Positions 1 through 9,440 of a stretch of 37,563 bases of DNA are shown in pieces. The notes under the pieces were generated by a model that worked only from the letters and a program-made list of their open reading frames with translations, ran no database searches and had not been told where the DNA came from. Origin of the DNA: Microcystaceae cyanobacterium (GTDB lineage Bacteria; Cyanobacteriota; Cyanobacteriia; Cyanobacteriales; Microcystaceae); assembly GCA_041746575.1 (NCBI GenBank), contig JBGTGT010000023.1:1-37563 (forward strand), written 5' to 3'. Every line of letters begins with the position of its first letter. Position 1 is the first letter of the stretch. The position numbers and the translations under genes were made by a program.

Positions 1-588
1 GCGAAACCAATTGATAGCATCATCCTCAGAAATAGCATTAATAGCATAAGTAATGGCAACATTAAGAGCATTTTCTGTGCGAGCTTTAGCCGAACGAAGA
101 ATCTCTTTTATCTTTGACCAACATAATTCAATGGGTGATAAATCTGGAGAATAAGGGGGTAAAAATTTAACTTTAGCTCCCACAGATTCAATGACAGCTT
201 TAACTTTGCCAGCATAATGAACAGGTAAGTTATCCATGACAACAATAGCTCCAACCCAAAGTGTAGGTAATAATATTTTCTCAACATAAACCCAAAAACT
301 AGCTGTGTCTAACCCGCCAGTTAAAGTCATTGCAGCAATTAAACCTGAATCACTCATTGCCCCAACCATTGTCACATTTTTTCCTCTATTTCTAGGGCGT
401 TCATCATTTACCCTTTCTCCTTTAAGACTTCTGCCATATAGTCGATTCATTGCTAGATTAAACCCTGTTTCGTCAATAAATATTAGGTTTCTTATATCTA
501 TTGTCTCTAACCAAATTCTCCATTCTTGGCGTAGTTTTTTAACTCTTTCACTATTTTGTTCGCTAGCAACTAAGGTTTTTTTGGCGTC
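1..588 (-). CDS. IS630 transposase, catalytic DDE part (orfB; frameshifted, 3' end outside window)
   Basis: Hand translation shows an open frame from 588 to the edge: KTLVASEQNSERV...FIDETGFNL...VMDNLPVH...LPPYSPDLSPIELCWSKIK...AINWFR. The D-D-E triad is present. Absent from the ORF track, presumably because no stop lies inside the window. Confidence 0.9.
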
Positions 589-928
589 TTAATTGCCGTT
601 TTTGGAGAGTACGACACAAACTTGATACGCTGATCACTATTCCTGTTTGGTTTTGGATTATATTTTGAATTTCTCTTAAATATAGCTCATTTTTTGACTC
701 AACTATTTCTTTGACTATTTTTTGTTCTTTTTCTTGAAGCTTTGAACGTCTATCTCCCCCCTGTGGTTTGGGCGCTATTGTTCCTGTTTCTTTATACCGA
801 CGAGATAAATCTCGTATAAAACTTAAACTCACGTTAAACCTTTTGGCTAATTCTCGCTGCGAACCTTCCCCTGCTTGCCACGCACTGAATACTTTTTTTC
901 TTAAATCAAGAAAATATACTATTGGCAT
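563..928 (-). CDS. IS630 transposase, N-terminal HTH part (orfA)
   Basis: MPIVYFLDLRKKV...SQRELAKRFNVSLSFI...GTIAPKPQGG is the characteristic IS630 N-terminus. It ends just past an A7 run. Confidence 0.88.
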   Translation of the reverse strand: MPIVYFLDLRKKVFSAWQAGEGSQRELAKRFNVSLSFIRDLSRRYKETGTIAPKPQGGDRRSKLQEKEQKIVKEIVESKNELYLREIQNIIQNQTGIVISVSSLCRTLQKRQLRRQKNLSC

Positions 929-983
929 ACTTCATCAGTTTTTATTGTTTTTTTATTTTACAATTTATGTAGCTTAATAGATC

Positions 984-1334
984 TCAATTTGCTGTAAGTT
1001 CCACTAGCAAATCCCCTTTAATGACAGGAGCGCGATGAAGACGATGTTGAGCGAATAACCGCGCTACATATTCCACGCTTAAGTCAGGGTTAACCACAAT
1101 ACAAGGCTTAGTCATAATCTCATAAACTTTCACCTTTTGAGGGTCTTTGCCAAAGGCAGTAACTTGATAAACGACATCCGCCTCCGTTACGATACCATAA
1201 GCATCTTCTTCGTGGCGACGCTCTACAATCAAGGAACAAATGCCTTTTTCTCGCATTAATCTAACGGCATCGGCTACGGTTGCTATCCCTCGAATGGTAA
1301 CAACGTCTTTGGTCATGATATCAACTGCTTTCAT
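984..1334 (-). pseudogene. CBS-domain protein (likely CBS-CP12 fusion type), 3'-truncated by IS insertion
   Basis: Tandem CBS pair (DIMTKDVVTI...AYGIVTEADVV...EIMTKPCIVVNPDLSVEYVARLF...RAPVI). It breaks at KGDLL, before the expected GIIS..D strand, and the last codons VELTAN come from IS sequence. Confidence 0.8.
995..1007 (-). mobile_element. Probable IS701-family terminal-repeat stub with CTAG target
   Basis: Minus strand reads CTAG-TGGAACTTA, matching the IS701 end at 37245-37257 (CTAA-TGGGACTTA) at 8 of 9 repeat positions. Confidence 0.55.
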
Positions 1335-1624
1335 TGGAATGATTTCAAACGGGGTTTACGGGGTACACCATGGCCATTGTTCCGTCATTATGTCAAAATG
1401 ACAAGGGGAAAGATCGCCGAACGCGAAATGAAAGCAAAAAAAGTAGAATGAACCTCTTTTCTTAATAATTAAGTTTTACCCTGTGCAAGTTTTTCAAATG
1501 GGTAATGTAATCTCAGAATAAAAAGCTTTGAAACCGTATCCTCAATCACACTTCATGGATGGAAGTATCGTTAATATTTAGGTAGCTAACTTATTTTTTG
1601 ACGTTTTTTGCTGTTATAATCCCT

Positions 1625-1825
1625 ATGTTGATCCCTTACTCTCAATTATCTCTTTTATCTGCTGACGATAAAAGTCCTCTCGTCATTGCCTTAGAGAAAA
1701 AAATTGAACAATTACGTCAACAAAATGAACGACTTAAACAACTTAATCAGTGCTTTAAACAGCCGCGAAATAGTCCTAACAATTGCTCATCGTTTTTAAG
1801 TCAAACTGTGTATCACCCTAGCTAA
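1625..1825 (+). CDS. Small hypothetical coiled-coil protein
   Basis: ATG at 1625 (track start is TTG 1598). Heptad-like LEKKIEQLRQQNERLKQL, followed by a terminator-like hairpin. Confidence 0.45.
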   Translation: MLIPYSQLSLLSADDKSPLVIALEKKIEQLRQQNERLKQLNQCFKQPRNSPNNCSSFLSQTVYHPS

Positions 1826-1850
1826 CCTTTATTTATAAAAAGGTTTTTTT
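1824..1850 (+). terminator. Rho-independent terminator-like hairpin
   Basis: AACCTTT-loop-AAAGGTT followed by a T run, between convergent ORFs. Confidence 0.5.
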
Positions 1851-1862
1851 ATGTCTATTTTC

Positions 1863-3065
1863 CTAAATTTTTTCTTTAGCAGGAGGCGTAATCCCTCGCT
1901 GACATAAGACTTGATCAATGGACTGTAAAACGCTTAAATCAGATAGAGGTAATCCCTTCACCAAAGCACTTTTTTCTAAGAAACTAAAAGCATTCCTAAC
2001 TTGTTCTGGCGTCGCTTCAATCGGTGCGCTAAAATGGCAGGGAATTACTCGCTTAAAATCCCATTTTGATACTTGATTCACCCAATCTAACACCATTTTT
2101 GGCTCTCGATTGAGAATTAAGGTTTGTAAAATTGGGGCAACTAATAACTTTCCGTCATTTCTTAACACCTCAAAAGATTCTTGCCAATTTTTTTGCCATT
2201 GAAAAGGAAATAAGCCAAAATAAGCTTTTTTAGAGCGATGTAATGCTTTAGAGGCATCCGCAAAAACGCGTCTCCAAGGAATTGTGTCTAAGGTACTGGG
2301 GCGAAAATAAAGCGCAAAAAGAGCGATTCTTTGCCATCCCTTACGACGATTCAGCGAATTATCCCCAACTTCTTCAAATACATTCTCCTTTGCATGAAAC
2401 AGCAACGGATAGGGGTCTAACTGCACAATCGCAGGGGGATCTTCGGGGACACTAATCAAAGTATCAGTAACCAGTAAGGTTTGCGATCGCCGATGAAAAA
2501 AAGCAACCTCTGAGAAGCTTCCCGTCTTCAAATCAATTTTTTCTAGAATTTTGTAGTCAAACTCGTCTCTCAAAGGTGTTTCTTCGCAATTTTGCGGTAA
2601 AATATGAGTCCGTTTCTTAGGAAACCCCAACCAACTTAAGGGCAGATTGAGGGGAAAACTCCATTGATAAGGGGCAATATAGACTTGTGCAGTGGGAAAA
2701 TAACGAGAAAAAGGACCCACAAAAACCTTATGTTCTAAGCCTGAAATAGTCGGTAAAATGATAAATTGAACGACTCCATGTTCTTGTTCTAATTCTCGCA
2801 CTAAACGAATACATTCTCGGGTGGGTGCAACGGGCGCATACACCAGTAATCCCCCTTTTTCGAGCTTAATAACCGTCATGCGCAGGGGAATAACCACATA
2901 AAAAATGCCCTGAAATTGCTCAAATGTCCAAATCTGATTTTCAATCACCTCGCGACGAAGGGTGGGGCGTTTTCCATAGGGATAAAGCGGTAAAATTGGC
3001 CAAAATGGCCAAGCGATATCTCGATAATTTGAGGTCAAATAAGTTGAGTCGGACATAGGGATCAT
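1863..3065 (-). CDS. DUF4336 domain-containing protein
   Basis: WPFWPILPLYPYGKRPTLRREV, RMTVIKL..GGLLVYAPVAPT, SGLEHKVF and IPCHFSAP motifs of this cyanobacterial/plant family. Confidence 0.85.
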   Translation of the reverse strand: MIPMSDSTYLTSNYRDIAWPFWPILPLYPYGKRPTLRREVIENQIWTFEQFQGIFYVVIPLRMTVIKLEKGGLLVYAPVAPTRECIRLVRELEQEHGVVQFIILPTISGLEHKVFVGPFSRYFPTAQVYIAPYQWSFPLNLPLSWLGFPKKRTHILPQNCEETPLRDEFDYKILEKIDLKTGSFSEVAFFHRRSQTLLVTDTLISVPEDPPAIVQLDPYPLLFHAKENVFEEVGDNSLNRRKGWQRIALFALYFRPSTLDTIPWRRVFADASKALHRSKKAYFGLFPFQWQKNWQESFEVLRNDGKLLVAPILQTLILNREPKMVLDWVNQVSKWDFKRVIPCHFSAPIEATPEQVRNAFSFLEKSALVKGLPLSDLSVLQSIDQVLCQRGITPPAKEKI

Positions 3066-3176
3066 TTAAGAACAAGAAAGGGCTTCTCAACAATAATTTT
3101 ATCAAAGGGTTGTAACTTCTTAGAATTTATCTAAGAAAATACCTAAAATTAATCCAACAGCTTTAAAGCGCATCAT

Positions 3177-4784
3177 TTACCAATCCTCTTCAGTTTCCAA
3201 AATCGCTTCCATTTCTTTAATTTCTAAAGGTTCTAAAAACCTTTCTTCTTCTTCAGTTTCCGTTGACCAATGCTCACTTAACGGTTGAATTACCTTGGAC
3301 AAAGCGTCTTGGACAAACGCCTTAATAAATTCATCTTTACGACTTAGCTGAAATTGTTTTTGAACAACTTCTGTAATACCACCGTCACCCCAATCTTGAT
3401 CATGACGAAAATACTCAACAAAACTTTTACCGGCGATACGAGTTAGATAAGCGGCCGTTACCCCTTGAATTGCCTTGCCAATCAGATAGGTTGCCACATG
3501 AAACTGTAAGGCTTTTGCTAATAATTCCACAGCCCCTTTAACCACCCCTAAACTGACTAAGGTTTTTCCTAAAGATAACGCTAATTCCCGACCGCGATCG
3601 CTATTAATTTCACAACCATAAACCTTTCCAATTTCTACCACCATTTGGGCATTGATTGCCGCCGTCGCCAGCATATCCACCACCGGTAAGGGAGTAACTG
3701 CAATTACCCCTGCCCCAATCCATTGATAACGGTCAATAATCTTATCTGCTTGCCGTTTACGCTGACGAGTAAGAATTTTCCGCGCTTCTTCGCCCAGTCT
3801 TTGGGATTGTAATAAAATATTATCAGCCACTAGATCTTCTCCTTCCGCCCGTAAAACCGTAGCTAATCGCTTAATTAAAGCCAAAATTTCGGGTTCTGGC
3901 ATAAAAATATCGCCGCTTTCCACTGTGAAGGGTTGAGGATTAGCCGCCGTAGGGATGATATCGCTCGCTTTAATCATTTCGGCTACTCGTCGCTGAAGTT
4001 GTTGCATAATCAAGGCTTCATCTTCAGGGGTATAAAGGTCAATTTTATTAAAAATTAAGAGACAACGCTTACCAATCGCCGCTAAAGCTTTTAAATTCTC
4101 ATGTTCTGACTGTCTTAAGTCATTGTCTACCACAAATAACAATAAATCTGCTTCTGTTGCTAATTGTCGTGCCAGTTGTTCCCGTTGTGTTCCCGCAACC
4201 CCCACTTCAAAAATGCCGGGGGTATCCGTAATCAAAATATCCCGTTGTAACCCTTTTAGCCCCAAACGATGGGTTGTGCCTATTTGCGTCGTTCCCATCG
4301 TCGCCTCAACTTTACCCACGATTTCCCCGAGCAACGCATTCACGAGGGACGTTTTACCGGCCGAACCCGTGCCAAAAACCACCACTTGTAAGTCTCCACG
4401 GGCTAAATTCTGCTCAATTTCTTTTGAACGATTCAGCAGTGCTTTTTGGGAGACATTATCTTGAATTTGCTGAACCTGTCGACGAACCGCTTTTAAGGTT
4501 TCTTGGGCGGCATCGGTTTTTGCTTCAGGCAGTTTTATGGTCGGATAGGCAGAGCGGGCAGATTTCCGTGTCTTCTTCCTTCCTAATGGGTCAAAATAAT
4601 AAAAAAAGCCAAAAATTAGTAATCCCAATAGGAGAATAATCAGCAGAATTAGTAAATTAGCCAGTAAAGGGGCAGTAAAAGAAACTTGTAAATAAAGACG
4701 GTAGATGGCATTAATCAACCAAAGGAAAAGTCCAAATATTAGACCTAAACCAGCAATGATAGTAATCAGACGAGGTAGGGGCAT
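3177..4784 (-). CDS. Membrane-anchored Era-like GTPase with DUF697/YcjF C-terminal domain
   Basis: Two N-terminal TM helices; G1 GTGSAGKTS, G3 DTPG, G4 NKID; C-terminal PLPVVDMLATAAINAQMV motif. Confidence 0.85.
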   Translation of the reverse strand: MPLPRLITIIAGLGLIFGLFLWLINAIYRLYLQVSFTAPLLANLLILLIILLLGLLIFGFFYYFDPLGRKKTRKSARSAYPTIKLPEAKTDAAQETLKAVRRQVQQIQDNVSQKALLNRSKEIEQNLARGDLQVVVFGTGSAGKTSLVNALLGEIVGKVEATMGTTQIGTTHRLGLKGLQRDILITDTPGIFEVGVAGTQREQLARQLATEADLLLFVVDNDLRQSEHENLKALAAIGKRCLLIFNKIDLYTPEDEALIMQQLQRRVAEMIKASDIIPTAANPQPFTVESGDIFMPEPEILALIKRLATVLRAEGEDLVADNILLQSQRLGEEARKILTRQRKRQADKIIDRYQWIGAGVIAVTPLPVVDMLATAAINAQMVVEIGKVYGCEINSDRGRELALSLGKTLVSLGVVKGAVELLAKALQFHVATYLIGKAIQGVTAAYLTRIAGKSFVEYFRHDQDWGDGGITEVVQKQFQLSRKDEFIKAFVQDALSKVIQPLSEHWSTETEEEERFLEPLEIKEMEAILETEEDW

Positions 4785-4898
4785 CTTAAAAACAGCTCGG
4801 CATCACAGTTTAATTTCTATTGTGACGTATAATCGTGATCGTCTCGCTTATTCATTCTTCTGAGAGGAGAACAGGCAGTTGGAATATTTCTCAAAAAT

Positions 4899-6605
4899 TT
4901 ACCACAATCCCCATTTACCGCTGGGCATCACCGTACTCCAGTTTGTTTTAGCCATAGATAGTTGTTCTGCTGTTACATGAGCATCGGATAAATTTGCCCC
5001 GCATAAATTCGTGCCTTTAAGATTGGCAAAGCGTAAATTCGCTCCCGATAAATTCGCCCCCCGTAAATCTGCCCCTTGTAAATCTGCATAGCCCAAATAA
5101 GCGTCTGTTAGGTTAGCCTCTTTAAGGGAAGCATAACCCAGATTTGTTCGACCAAAATCCGCTCTTGATAAATCACAGCCTTGAAAATTGGCTTTTTCCA
5201 TCTTTGATTCATAAAAATTAATACTCGGTAGTTTTGCTTTCGCTAAATTTAATTCAGGCAGGGCTTGTTGGGTAAAATCTTTTTTGCCTTTTTGATAAGC
5301 TTCATAAATCGCTTTGGCGGTTAATTTGGGCGGCTGTTGACAACCAGAAAGCTCTAAAGTTCGTTTTTTCGGGCTAGGAGAGCCACCTGCTACTTGAACA
5401 TTCATATTGCCCCCAATGCCTCCTGCACCACCTGCATTGTTGTTCATCGAGGGGGGACGAACAGAGGTATTTAAGCGAGCCGAGCGAACATTTGTTTGCA
5501 TTCCTGAGTGGGTGTTAAATCCCGTGTCTGGTGACGGAGCGATCCGTATGCTAGAAATTGAGGGATCGGGGGCATTATTTCGCCCAACTCTGGAAATTCC
5601 CGTAGAGGGAGACGATAGATCTCTGGATAAGTCGGCAGAGGGTTCATTAGTAGCGTTATGCGGGTTAAAGCTGGTAATCATACTCTGACGCATCCCCTCT
5701 TCATAGGGCAATACATCCATGGCATCTAGAACTTCTTGTGCATTTTTGTAGCGATATTTTACGGAAATTTCCAGCATTTTTTTCAATACTTGAGCAAAAT
5801 CATGACTCAAAGTTACATAAGGTTCCCAAGCGATTTCTCCCGTGTTGGGATCACAACCAATTTCTTTAGGCGATTTGGCGGTGAGTAAATAAACACAAGT
5901 CACCCCTACGGCATAAATATCACTGGAATAGACAGGACGCATAGCCATCTGTTCGGGCGGTGCAAAGCCGGCAGTCCCCACAGCAAAAGCAGTCAAAGCA
6001 GATTGCTCCGAGGTGTTAGACGCTAAAACAGAATTCACCTGATTTTTTACGGCACCAAAGTCAATAATAACCATTTTTCGATCAGTTTGGCGGCGAATGA
6101 GGTTAGCAGGTTTAATATCGCGATGAATAACCTTCTGAGCGTGAATATAGTTAAGAATTGGTAAAATTTCACTTAAAAATTGTTTAATACCGGGTTCAGA
6201 AAAGGGTCCTTTTTTCTTAATTTCTTGATGAAGGTTTTGTCCTTTAACGTATTCTTGAACCAAATAAAATTGTTGATTTTCTTCGAAATAGTCTAATAAA
6301 CGGGGAACTTGAGGATGATTACCCACTCTACCCAAGGTTTCTGCTTCCCGTTCAAACAACTGCTGTGCCATGCGATAAACATTTGGATCATCTGTGGCAG
6401 GACGAAGCTGTTTGACTACACAGACGGGAGTACCGGGTAAGGAGAGATCTGCCGCCGCAAAGGTTGCCCCAAACCCACCCTTGCCCAAAATTCCTAAGAT
6501 TTGGTAACGGGCGTGTAGTCGCAGACTCGAACCACAGAATTGACAAATCTGGGAATTTTTTTGGTTTTTAGGCTGTTGACATGAAGGATTAACGCAGTAG
6601 CTCAT
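4899..6605 (-). CDS. spkB: Ser/Thr protein kinase with C-terminal pentapeptide repeats (SpkB type)
   Basis: N-terminal CxNPxC zinc ribbon; GKGGFG, VVK, HRDIKPAN, DFG and APPE kinase motifs; low-complexity linker; A(D/N)Lxx pentapeptide repeats. Confidence 0.85.
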   Translation of the reverse strand: MSYCVNPSCQQPKNQKNSQICQFCGSSLRLHARYQILGILGKGGFGATFAAADLSLPGTPVCVVKQLRPATDDPNVYRMAQQLFEREAETLGRVGNHPQVPRLLDYFEENQQFYLVQEYVKGQNLHQEIKKKGPFSEPGIKQFLSEILPILNYIHAQKVIHRDIKPANLIRRQTDRKMVIIDFGAVKNQVNSVLASNTSEQSALTAFAVGTAGFAPPEQMAMRPVYSSDIYAVGVTCVYLLTAKSPKEIGCDPNTGEIAWEPYVTLSHDFAQVLKKMLEISVKYRYKNAQEVLDAMDVLPYEEGMRQSMITSFNPHNATNEPSADLSRDLSSPSTGISRVGRNNAPDPSISSIRIAPSPDTGFNTHSGMQTNVRSARLNTSVRPPSMNNNAGGAGGIGGNMNVQVAGGSPSPKKRTLELSGCQQPPKLTAKAIYEAYQKGKKDFTQQALPELNLAKAKLPSINFYESKMEKANFQGCDLSRADFGRTNLGYASLKEANLTDAYLGYADLQGADLRGANLSGANLRFANLKGTNLCGANLSDAHVTAEQLSMAKTNWSTVMPSGKWGLW

Positions 6606-6838
6606 TCAGACTCACCCAAGATCATATTATCCAAATTCTAACCAAGCAATATACAAGCGTTCATAGAAATTTAAAAAGCGTTGAGGCAAGAGCTATCATA
6701 CGGTTGGTTATCTCTTTTATTGTTCCCTAGATCGATCAAAAAGTAACAGGGATAGAAAATAATTCTAAATCTGGTTTACGAAGTCTAAAATGAAGAGAGC
6801 TGAGGATATTTTTGAGTCATGCACTGCTATCTCTCGCC

Positions 6839-6865
6839 AAAAAAGGCAGCATCAGTGTACTGCCT
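6839..6865 (-). terminator. Rho-independent terminator downstream of sugar transferase
   Basis: Minus strand AGGCAG-10 nt loop-CTGCCT-TTTTT. Confidence 0.65.
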
Positions 6866-6897
6866 CCGAACAAAATTTATAAAGATAATGTCGAGAC

Positions 6898-7629
6898 TTA
6901 ATAAGCCCCATTATTATTGGGAAAAATAACTACACCGATGGTTTTAACGATAATCCAGAGATCCATCAGCCAATTGCGCGCGCTGACGTAATAGACATCC
7001 ATTTTGACCCGTTGGGGATAGGGAATATCGTTCCGTCCTGATACTTGCCATAATCCCGTAATGCCAGGCCGAATGGTTAGCACTTTATCAATCTGGTTAC
7101 CGTATTTTTGTAATTCATCAGGAATCAGGGGTCTAGGCCCTACTACACTCATATCCCCGACCAAAACATTCAAAAACTGGGGAAATTCGTCCAGACTGGT
7201 CAGACGTAAAAACTTGCCAATCCAAGTAATCCGAGGGTCTTCTTTAAGCTTAAAGTTATCGGCGAATTCAGCGCGCATTTGAGGGCAGTCGGCCATCATT
7301 TGAGCTAAAACCTCATCGGCATTGTAAACCATCGTCCTAAACTTAATACAGCCAAAAAGGCGATGATTTTTTCCCACTCTTTGTTGCACATAAAAAATTG
7401 GGCCCGGAGAACTGCTAGCAATTAATAAAGCTAGGATTAAATAAAGAGGAGAGAAAACAATCAAAACGAAGAGAGAAAAAGCGATATCGAAGGCTCTCTT
7501 CGCAATCTCTCCATCTAAAGCTTTCCACCTTGATTTAGATGATTTGCGACGGGTTATCGTGGGTTCAGTCCCCCGTCTGGCCAAGGCTTGGATTGCTTTG
7601 ACGGTAATAAATTGGCTATTAGCAGTCAT
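6898..7629 (-). CDS. Bacterial sugar transferase (polyprenyl glycosylphosphotransferase, RfbP/WbaP-like)
   Basis: KRAFDI, KFRTM, DPRITWIGKFLRLTSLDEFPQF and GDMSVVGPRP motifs. Confidence 0.92.
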   Translation of the reverse strand: MTANSQFITVKAIQALARRGTEPTITRRKSSKSRWKALDGEIAKRAFDIAFSLFVLIVFSPLYLILALLIASSSPGPIFYVQQRVGKNHRLFGCIKFRTMVYNADEVLAQMMADCPQMRAEFADNFKLKEDPRITWIGKFLRLTSLDEFPQFLNVLVGDMSVVGPRPLIPDELQKYGNQIDKVLTIRPGITGLWQVSGRNDIPYPQRVKMDVYYVSARNWLMDLWIIVKTIGVVIFPNNNGAY

Positions 7630-7706
7630 CTTGCTCCTTCACACACATCACACCACACTATGCTCTTGATCATAAAGCCATCAGACCCAAAAGGGACGAC
7701 TTTCGA

Positions 7707-8867
7707 TCAGAAAAATGAGAAATTGTTGGGGGAACTTGCCGAAGCAGAGGTCGCACAACACTCTTCTAAGAACCTAATATAAGATGTTTCAAAGATTTTT
7801 GGGGAAAATTTCAAAGCTTGAGTATAACAATTTTCAGGATTGATCTGAGACGAAAGGGTTTCAAAGGTTTTGACCGCTTCGACTAACCCCTCGACCGTTT
7901 GGGGAGTAAACCATAATCCTGTCGCTGTTTTGGGGGTCTGACGACCATCAACGACGGTTTCTAACGCTCCTCCCCGCCCATAGGCAATGACGGGAGTTCC
8001 ACAGGCTTGGGCTTCTACTAACGCAATGCCAAAATCTTCACAGGCGGCATACACAAAGGCTTTCGCTTTAGCCATATAGTCCTCAACCACTTTGTTGGGT
8101 TGAAAACCCAGAAACTGAATATTCTCGTTGGCTTGTTGACGAAGTAGATTTAACTCTTTTCCTTCACCAATCACGACCAAAGGTAAGCCTAAGCGATTAA
8201 ATGCTTCAACAATTAAAGAAATTTTTTTATAGCTGACTAATCTAGAAACAGTTAAATAAAAATCGTCTTTTTGCTGTTGAAATCGAAACCGCTCAAGGTT
8301 AACAGGTGGATAAATGACTTTGGCTTGACGACGGTAACATCGCCAAATGCGTCGGGCGGTATGCTGGGAATTAGCAATAAAATAATCTACCCGATGGGCA
8401 GAAATCACGTCCCATTGACGCAAACGATGAAGTAAGTAGCGGGTTAATACACCTGAAATTCCTCGCCCTACTGAATTTTCTTGTAAGTAATCAAAGGTGA
8501 GATCCCACGCATATCTCATCGGAGTATGGCAGTAACAAATATGTAATTGATAGGGACTGGTGATCACCCCCTTGGCAACCGCATGGGAAGAGGACAAAAT
8601 TACCTCATAATCCCGTAAATCGAGTTGTTCGATCGCAAGGGGCAATAGAGGCAGATATTTCTGTACACCCCGACGGGCTAGGGGGAGATGCTGGAGGAAG
8701 GTGGTGCCAATTTTCCGTTGATAGAGGTAGCTATGGGGATTCGCCGATTCAAAATCAATTAAAGCGTAGAGGTCTGCGTCAATATGCTTTAATATCTCCT
8801 GAACCACCAATTCAGAGCCGCCTGTGGCTTTAGGGGTTAACCATTCATGAACGAGGGCATATTTCAT
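7707..8867 (-). CDS. Glycosyltransferase family 4 (WbaZ-like)
   Basis: ALVHEWL..GGSE, SSSHAVAKG, CHTPMRYAWD and EDFGIALVEAQACGTPVIA motifs. Confidence 0.92.
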   Translation of the reverse strand: MKYALVHEWLTPKATGGSELVVQEILKHIDADLYALIDFESANPHSYLYQRKIGTTFLQHLPLARRGVQKYLPLLPLAIEQLDLRDYEVILSSSHAVAKGVITSPYQLHICYCHTPMRYAWDLTFDYLQENSVGRGISGVLTRYLLHRLRQWDVISAHRVDYFIANSQHTARRIWRCYRRQAKVIYPPVNLERFRFQQQKDDFYLTVSRLVSYKKISLIVEAFNRLGLPLVVIGEGKELNLLRQQANENIQFLGFQPNKVVEDYMAKAKAFVYAACEDFGIALVEAQACGTPVIAYGRGGALETVVDGRQTPKTATGLWFTPQTVEGLVEAVKTFETLSSQINPENCYTQALKFSPKIFETSYIRFLEECCATSASASSPNNFSFF

Positions 8868-8876
8868 GAATCCTGC

Positions 8877-9242
8877 TTAAAATTCGTCGTATCCGCTACG
8901 ATTGGCTGAGGCAGATGACTCGTTGTCCCGTTTTGATCCAAGTAGATCCAGTTTATCCACCCGAATAACGGGTTTAGAACGGTTAGCCCCGGTGTTGCGA
9001 TCGCTCCACGTCTCGATTTTTAACGTTCCTTGAATCCCGATTAAACTCCCTTTTTTGACATAATTTGCGGCAATTTCAGCAGTTTTTCCCCATATCTCCA
9101 AGTTAAACCAGTCAGGTTCATCGTTTTTGGTGGGGCGATTGACTGCTAGGGGAAGATTACAAACCACTTTACCGGATTCAAAGTACTTAACTTCTGGGTC
9201 AGAGCCAGCACGACCGACTAAGTGAACGGTATTTAAGGACAT
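8877..9242 (-). CDS. ssb: Single-stranded DNA-binding protein
   Basis: LNTVHLVGRAGSDPEVKYFESG...WGKTAEIAANYVKKGSLIGIQG, with an acidic C-terminus. Confidence 0.95.
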   Translation of the reverse strand: MSLNTVHLVGRAGSDPEVKYFESGKVVCNLPLAVNRPTKNDEPDWFNLEIWGKTAEIAANYVKKGSLIGIQGTLKIETWSDRNTGANRSKPVIRVDKLDLLGSKRDNESSASANRSGYDEF

Positions 9243-9259
9243 AGACGTTTCCTTAATTT

Positions 9260-9273
9260 AGTACATATACTTT
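9260..9273 (-). promoter_or_regulatory. Degenerate LexA-box-like site upstream of ssb
   Basis: AGTACATATACTTT has one exact half-site of the cyanobacterial AGTAC-N3-TGTACT consensus. It lies about 18 bp upstream of the ssb start. Confidence 0.3.
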
Positions 9274-9440
9274 ATTTTAGGGGATAATCACCTGATCGGA
9301 GGATCTAATTTAGTTAAGTCACTTTTCGAGATAGGAATTGGATCAACCCCGTCTATTCTGCTTAATTATCCCTTTAGGAAAACGATTGCTAGCTGTATGA
9401 ATCCAGAAATAACTTAACCTTCCCAACACAGTAACGAGCA

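Larger units (their letters stand above)
1..994 (-). mobile_element. IS630-family insertion sequence (far end beyond window edge)
   Basis: Split transposase (orfA HTH + orfB DDE). On the minus strand the element end reads TA|CAGCAAATTGAGATC, a TA target (995-996) abutting the terminus, as is typical of IS630/Tc1. Confidence 0.9.

Noticed and set aside
305..977. Plus-strand ORFs 305-592 and 768-977
   Set aside because: Antisense shadows of the IS630 transposase.
4123..7782. Plus-strand ORFs 4123-4464, 4274-4639, 5407-5688, 7061-7282 and 7588-7782
   Set aside because: They lie antisense to well-supported genes and show no recognisable motifs.
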